From assembly GCF_009914755.1 (NCBI RefSeq), contig NC_060940.1: a stretch of DNA of 64,000 nucleotides; one strand, 5' to 3'. Below, one piece after another: positions 57,119-64,000 of the stretch (within the stretch, counting starts at the first letter, position 1; every line of letters begins with the position of its first letter). The notes below the pieces were generated by a model, which did not search any database, was not told where the DNA came from, and saw nothing but the letters and a program-made list of their open reading frames with translations. The translations under genes were made by a program, and so were the position numbers. Source of the stretch: the human T2T-CHM13v2.0 reference genome, Homo sapiens.

Positions 57119-57506
57119 TGATGTGGTTTGGCTGTGTCCTCACCCAAATCTCATCTTGAATTGTAGCTCTCATAATACCCATATGTTGTGGGAAGGACCT
57201 GGTGGGAGATAACTGAACCATGGGGATGGGTTTTCCCCTGCTGTTCTCATGGTAGTGAATAAGTCTCACGAGATCTGATGATTTTAAAAGGGGAAACCCC
57301 TTCCACTTGTCCATGATTCTCTCTTGTCTGTCGCCATGTAAGACGTGCTTTTGTTTCTGCCATGATTGTGAGGCTGCCATGTGGAATTGTGAGTCCATTA
57401 AACCTCCCAGTCACGTGGAACTGTGAGTCCATTAAACTTCTTTTTCTTTACAAATTACCCAGTCTCGAGTATGTCTTTATCAGCAGCGTCAAAACGGACT
57501 AATACA
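57119..57506 (+). mobile_element. THE1 (ERVL-MaLR) solo LTR
   Basis: tgatgtggtttggctgtgtcc..aaacggactaataca; 5-bp TSD gactc / gactg. Confidence 0.9.
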
Positions 57507-58499
57507 GACTGATTGTATCACAAGCTAAGGTTATGACTTGTTCATTGGCTTAGAGAGACGTCAATGTCAGATCTCAATGTGTAAGTGTTCATATACAAAT
57601 GCCTCGGTTCCATCATTTGTAAATTGAGATTTAAAATCTCTGTTGAGCCTCTCCTATGAGGCCGAGTTTTCCAAACTTCAGTCATTAAGAAAACCACTTT
57701 CACTATTTTTGCCACATCTGGGTTCCTCCTGCACTATTACTTTCTTAACATTCTTTTTCAGACAAGTCATTCTTTTAGATTTAAATAATTTATTAAAGTT
57801 TTTTCTTTCAGACAACTTTTTTTTGGATTTAAATAATTTATTAAAGTATGAAATCATCGCCCTAAGTACTACCAGTATTACTTGCCATCAATTCTACTAA
57901 CAGTGAAAATTTTAAAACAACAAAGAGAAAACAACATCGAATTCTTTATAGATACTATTGCCTGCTAAAGACTAAGAGCTCATGTTCTGTTCTCTCTTAT
58001 TAAAAAAGGGAGATTTGCAAGTGTTGGAGAGGTGTTAAATACAGACTAACACCAAACCGAGACTGCGTTTGATATAATTAGGATTAAAGAAAATTGGAAT
58101 AGAAATATGTTTTCACTATGTGATTCAGTATTTTATAATGCTGGGTGGATGTAACACTTTAAGTAAATGTCAAGTACTACCACATTGCACATCTTGGAAA
58201 ACATTGCCTTCAATTATCCAATTGGTGAATAAGATGGGAATATGTAGCTAATAATATTATTAATAGCAGCTACCATATACTGAAGTATTCACTATACCAG
58301 TTCTACATACGTAGTCTCCAGTCTTTGAAAACACTGAGAAAGGTGGTCATTATCCCCATTTTGTAGATGTGGAACACTGAGGCTCATAGAAATGAAATTA
58401 TTGTCTCAAGATTACAAAGCTACTGAGGAACAGATCCTGAATCTAAACCAGGGTTTCTGTCTTCAGAGAACATCAGAAAGCCTGAGAAAGAGCAGCAAG

Positions 58500-59120
58500 G
58501 ATTCTCGTATACTGTCAATGGTGGCATAACACAGGACGTTCATTTTGGAAAACAGTTTGACTATTTGCTGGAGCTACACATCCTCATACCCTGTGACCTA
58601 GCCATTGCACACCTTACCCAAGAGAAGTGGATGCATACGTCTACACATGGACTTGTACACAAGCTGTATTCATAGCAGCCTAATTTATAATAGGCAAAAC
58701 CTGCAAACAACTTGAATGTCCATCAAAAGGTAAACAAAAAAAGCACATGGAATACATAAAAATACAACCGGCTAACAAAAAGGAATCAACTATGATTCCA
58801 AAACAGATGAATTTCAAAACATTATGCTGAGTGAAAGAAAAAGAATAGGTACTATAGCACTCCATTTATATAAATTTCAAGAATAGTCAAAACTAAACTA
58901 TGATGATAGGAGGCAAAATAGAGGTAACCTCTAGGGAGGGGAATTAATGGCAAAAAGGAACTTTCTGGGCTGAAGAAAATATACTACATAATGATCTAAA
59001 GATACAGATTATATCTGTATGGTGCATATAAATGTATTTAGACACGTAAAATTTTAACCAAATTGTACATTTAAGATTTGTGCATTTTATTCATGTAAAT
59101 TATACCTCAATAAAGTACTT
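58500..59120 (+). mobile_element. Old L1MC/ME 3' end
   Basis: attttggaaaacagtttg..aacattatgctgagtgaaaga..tgtaaattatacctcaataaa. Confidence 0.75.
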
Positions 59121-59911
59121 GGGGAAAATTTGCATAGCTCTATACAAAAGTAAACATGCCTCCAATTAGAATTCTAAGCAAGTCTGCAAGATTTCTTAGA
59201 ATTTCCTCTACATGCTAGAGTCAAAGAATGCCCAACTCTGCTTAGGATTTCATTACTTTAAACCTTAGTCTTGAGCCTCTTTCTTAACTATGCCTCTCCC
59301 CTCAATAGATTTTAATACACTTGAGGTAAGTACTCTGCCTCATTCATCTTTCTATCCTCAATTGTGTCTTCCATTGAGCCTTGCACATAATAGTTCCCAA
59401 TAAATATTTGCTAGACTTAATTTTCATTATTTCAAATGCCATTTAGATAGTTATGTCTGATAGCTTCATAAAGAGTTAAAATCATATCTAAAATTAACAA
59501 ATGTAGCCTTACTCTCATTCATTTCAAAGTCGCCCTCCACCCCCAGTGTCCTCCAATGCAGCTATCCTGGAGTTCAGTCAGAAGGAAAAGGGAGCATCTT
59601 TAACAGAAGAAGAAGTCCAGCTTCATCGGAACACTCCTCTAGTTTTGTGTACACAGCTCCTAAAGAGGAAATTTCTTAAAATTCTGTTTGTAATGATTAT
59701 ACCATAGAATACGGAGATAGAAGATGAAAAATCAAGTTTTATTATTAATTGTAAACCCAGTGGCAATAGAAGAAAGGAAAAAGTAACAATGATATACTGG
59801 CTACTGCCAACCAGCCTGCCAGAATGCTTTAGTTCCTGATGTTAATGAACTTTGTCCTTAAGCAACAAAAAACAGTTGCATCCATTTTTAAAAATGGACT
59901 TTAAGGTCCTT

Positions 59912-60595
59912 ATTTAAAAGGCAAAAACCAATAGATGTTGGTGTGGATGTGGTGAAAAGGGAATGCTTATCCACTGGTGGTGGGAATGGAAATTAGTACA
60001 AACCCTTTGGGAAATACTACGGAGATTTCTCAAAGAACTAAAAGTAGATCTTCCATTCAATCCACCAATCCCACTACTGGGTATTTACCCAAAGGAAAAT
60101 AAATCACTATATCAAAAAGTCACCTGCATGCATATGTTTACTGCAGCACAATTCACGATTGCAAAGATATGAAACCAATCTAAGTGCCCATCAACTGATG
60201 AATGGATAAAGAAAACGTGGTACACATACACTATGGAATACTTTTCAGTATAAAAAAGAATGAAATAATGTCTTTTGCGAAACTTGGTTGGAGCTGGAGG
60301 CCATCACCCTAAGTGAAGTGACTCAGGAATGGAAAACCAAATTCCATATGTTCTCATTCATAAGTGGAAGCTAAGCTGTAGGGTACATGGAGGCATACAG
60401 AGTAATATAATGGACATTGGAGACTCAGAAATGGGGAGGGTGGAAAAGGGATGAGGGATCAAAAACCATATTTGGGTACAATGTAGACTACTTGGGTGAT
60501 GGGTACACTAAAATCTCAGACTTCACCACTATACAATTTATCCATGTAACCAGAAACCGCTTGTACCCCTAAAGCTATTGAAATTTTTTAAAAAA
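59912..60595 (+). mobile_element. L1PB 3' end, 5'-truncated
   Basis: ORF2 end (LPFNPPIPLLGIYPKE) and 3'UTR ..gtacccctaaagctattgaaat; aaaaatggac repeated at about 59890 and 60591. Confidence 0.9.
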
Positions 60596-60927
60596 TGGAC
60601 ATTGAGCTTATACTGAGTGGTCTTAGGAGTGATTTTTTAAAAGCTTGTGCAAAATAACCCCCAGTACTTCAGTAGTGACCTTGGAGGATGTGGGAAGGTG
60701 ATAAGAACAGGTTCTGATGATAGCAGCCCGGGAGGGATGCTTCTGATTGAGCCACAGTTGTGGATGAAACTGTGAGGGGAACTCATCTCACTTTTTAGAT
60801 AACCATTGAGATCCAACGTGATACCTTTTAGGGCACATTCCTGAAGATGGAACCCCAGCAGTAGTCCAATATGGTCCTCATGTATCTCAAAGAAGAACAC
60901 ATAGGCCATTGCAATACCCTGACCTTG

Positions 60928-61562
60928 TATCAGAGGCGTTTAAACCAGAGGGACTCCATCTTGAGTAGGGGCTGGGTAAAATAAGGCTGAGGCTTAATCG
61001 GCTGCATTCCCAGGAGGTTAAGAATTCTAAGTCACAGGATGAGATAGGAGGTTGGCACAGGATACAGGTCACAAAGACCTGGCCGATAAACCAGCATGCA
61101 GTAAAGAAGCCAACCAAATCCCACCAAAACCAAGATGGCGATAAAAGTGACCTCTGATCATCCTCACTGCTCATTATACACTAATTATAACGCATTAGCA
61201 TGCTAAAAGACACTCCTACCAGCGCCATGACAGTTTACAAATGCCATAGCAACATCAGGAAGTTACCCTATATGGTCTAAAAAGGGGAGGAACCCTCAGT
61301 TCAGCGAGTTGCCCACTGCTTTCCTGGAAAATTCATGAATAATCCACCCCCTGATTAGCCTATAATCAAGAAATAACTATAAGTACTCTTAGTCGAGCTG
61401 CCCATGCTGCTGCTCTACCTATGGAGTAGCCATTCTTTTATTCTTTTACTTATTTAATAAACTTATTTTCACTTTACTCTATGGATGCATCCTAAATTCT
61501 TTCTTGTGCGAGATTCAAGAACCTTCTCTTGGGGTCTGAATCAGGACTCCTTTCTGGTAACA
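60928..61562 (+). mobile_element. MER41B (ERV1) solo LTR
   Basis: tcagaggcgttt..gactccatcttga..caagatggcg..ggaagttaccctatatggtctaaaaaggggaggaaccctcag..ggtaaca. Confidence 0.88.
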
Positions 61563-61694
61563 ATGGGACTAAGGGTAAGGATTAAGGTGGAGGTAGAAAC
61601 TAGGTGCCCCTACATCCTTCTTTGACTATGTCTTCTATAGTCCCTACAGCCAACATATCTATTATTCTTTTTAAAAAGCCTGTTGTCAGAATCA

Positions 61695-61910
61695 AGTTAA
61701 TAATAATGCTTATTTATTGAGTATGTATATAAGCCACGTTCTGTACCACGTAACTTAATTCTGCCATGTAATCTTTACAACATCTCTATGAGAAGATAAT
61801 ATCCCCCATTTTATAGGCAGGGAAACTGAGGCTCAAATAAAGTTGACAAAGTTTACATGGCAAGTACGTGATAGAGCTGAGATATACACCCAGTTTGCCT
61901 GACTTCAGAG
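61695..61910 (-). mobile_element. MIR (similar MIRs near 30250, 47410, 55190, 56070, 58255, 62960)
   Basis: cccattttataggcagggaaactgaggctca. Confidence 0.75.
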
Positions 61911-64000
61911 ATCAAGTAAGTTAGGAATGATTGAGGTAAACTCTTCCCCATCCTAAACCCCTCAGGTTACTGCAGGTGAAATCCAATCTGGATTTCTATC
62001 ACATAGGAATAGAAAGATGGAAAGCCTGTAAAAAACTAAATCAGGACTTTCCCATCACTACTAAAAATAAAAGATCACCTTAATTCCTGGGGTAAATTAG
62101 TATTGCAATGAATGTTATTGTCAGAGAACATAACAAGGGGAGTCATCTCATGAACTTATGCCAATTTCAAGTGTTAAGCTTCTCAGGATCCACCAGACAT
62201 CCAAAGGACGGCAATGTTTCTAACATCTCTATAGTTCATCACTCAATTTTCAGACCATTTATGACAGATCCCTGTAACATCTTCCCTTGGAATTACACAA
62301 GGCATAGGAATTGCTCAGATTTCCTGATTTGTATTCTGAGCACTGCCCTATATGAGGTTAGAAAAAAACATTCACAAAGTGAACCTGTATCTTCTCCCTT
62401 TACATGGAAATAAATGAAAATCTCTGTGCTAGAAAGATTTTTCTCTCTCCTCTTCCTGGGGAATTTGACTGTATCTGCAGCACTCATTTCATTACATACT
62501 TTGCAAGTGTCTCATAGTGATAATCACTCAGGGCACCTCAGGTTAACACACTACTGGTTTTTCTCTTTTTCCAAGTCTTCCAGCTACCTGTGCTAGGAGG
62601 ATTCTACCCTTGTCATGAACTCTTTGGCTGCAACCTAATTTTTCCATCTTATAATGGACGAAGAACTATCCTCTATGAATGCTCCTGCCTAAAATGTGTA
62701 ATAAAAACACATGTCATATGTGTCAATTGCATACAAGAGAAGAATTTGCACTTGTTTTTAGTAGAAGTTTCAGTGGAAGGGAAAATGAAGCACAGAGCAA
62801 AGAAGCCACCATATAAGCAGAATGGTAACCACCACAGATGTAAAATCTTAAGGTCATTTGTCAGATCTTGAAAACACAACAGTCTCTACCCACTCCCATT
62901 TCTGGTGTCTGAAGTTCCACCACTAAAAATCCTATTTGTTTAATTTAGAAGAATAAAAATGAATACTAATTGAATTTCTACTGCATGCCAGATGTTTTTC
63001 TAATCCTCAAAACAATTCAGCGATGAGTACTTTTCATTCTCATTTTGCATATGAGGAAGCTAAGGTTATCTGACTTGCTTAAGGTTGTGTAGCTGGTAAA
63101 CACCTGAATCAGGATTTGAACTGAGAAACTGAGTTCCAGACTTCAGTCCTTATGAACATGCATTTCTCAGTGCATGTGTACCACTGAGGTGTTGTCAGTG
63201 ACATTTACCCTAGTATAAATAAGTAAAAGTCCAATCTTTTTAAAGAAAAACAAAAATGAGTTCCAACATGTGGTACAGGAGAACTGAGGGTGGCAATAAG
63301 GACAACTCCCACACACAACTTCCCAGAGACACTGAATGAATAGCTTTATAGTGGGGCAGGACGAAAAATGCAGCCATTGAAAACTGGTCTTGATATCAAC
63401 CAAAAAATCTCTAACTAATAGAAACTGGTACCAGGAGTGGGGTTTAATTTTGACTCCAGTCTTTGTACCAGGGCTGCCACCTAATAGAACATGAAAGTCA
63501 TGCTTAACTATTTCCTCTCCTTCACTCCTCCTGTCCAATTAGCTCCCATGTTATCAATTCTACTTTTCACATATTTTTCAAATTGTCCTCCACTCTCAAT
63601 TATCCCCTTTACTTAATTCAGACTCGTTGACTCCTGTCTGGCACCTCTCTCATTTCCTCTGACCATCTTCCCTATGGGAGCTAGAATGAGCTTTACAAAG
63701 AGTTAATTCAATCCTTTCTATCCTTTATTTATATATCCTTTAACTGATTGACTACTATTTGTAGAATAAACCCCAAGTTTTTGGTCCTTACATAAAAAGT
63801 ACATTATAATTTCACTCCATCTGATTTTTAAACTCATTTCACACCGGCTTTATCCTCCCAATGTATGCTTGGAAGATTCCAAGGTACTTACCATTTCTCC
63901 AATACAGCACGTTGTTTCAGGATTATGTTATTCTAAACACACAGTTTCACTTATCTGAAATGTACTTCACCTCCAATTTTAAGCCACTTTATTGAGGTAT

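Overview
Primate (probably human) euchromatic DNA, CpG-poor and dominated by interspersed repeats: more than 20 Alus (J/S/Y), many L1 fragments, ancient MIR/L2, solo LTRs (MaLR, ERV1 including MER41B, an LTR3/HML-6-like LTR) and DNA-transposon relics (MER1A, MER47-like). I find no supportable protein-coding exon, RNA gene or CpG island, so the window looks intergenic or deep intronic. The only ORF with a recognisable protein is a broken L1 ORF2 reverse-transcriptase fragment. The most unusual structure is a local inverted duplication at about 35.9-37.5 kb (arms about 575 bp, spacer about 414 bp). Both arms carry the same Alu with shared private mutations, and arm identity is patchy. Other oddities: a polyadenylated ERV-LTR fragment with a target-site duplication (TSD) inside an L1, two inverted or compound L1 insertions, a fold-back hairpin in a purine-pyrimidine array, a MER41B with one intact GAS site, and several motif clusters in unique DNA. 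I see no convincing new biological system beyond these. Subfamily names were assigned by eye from remembered consensus sequences, and boundaries are approximate unless a TSD is quoted.
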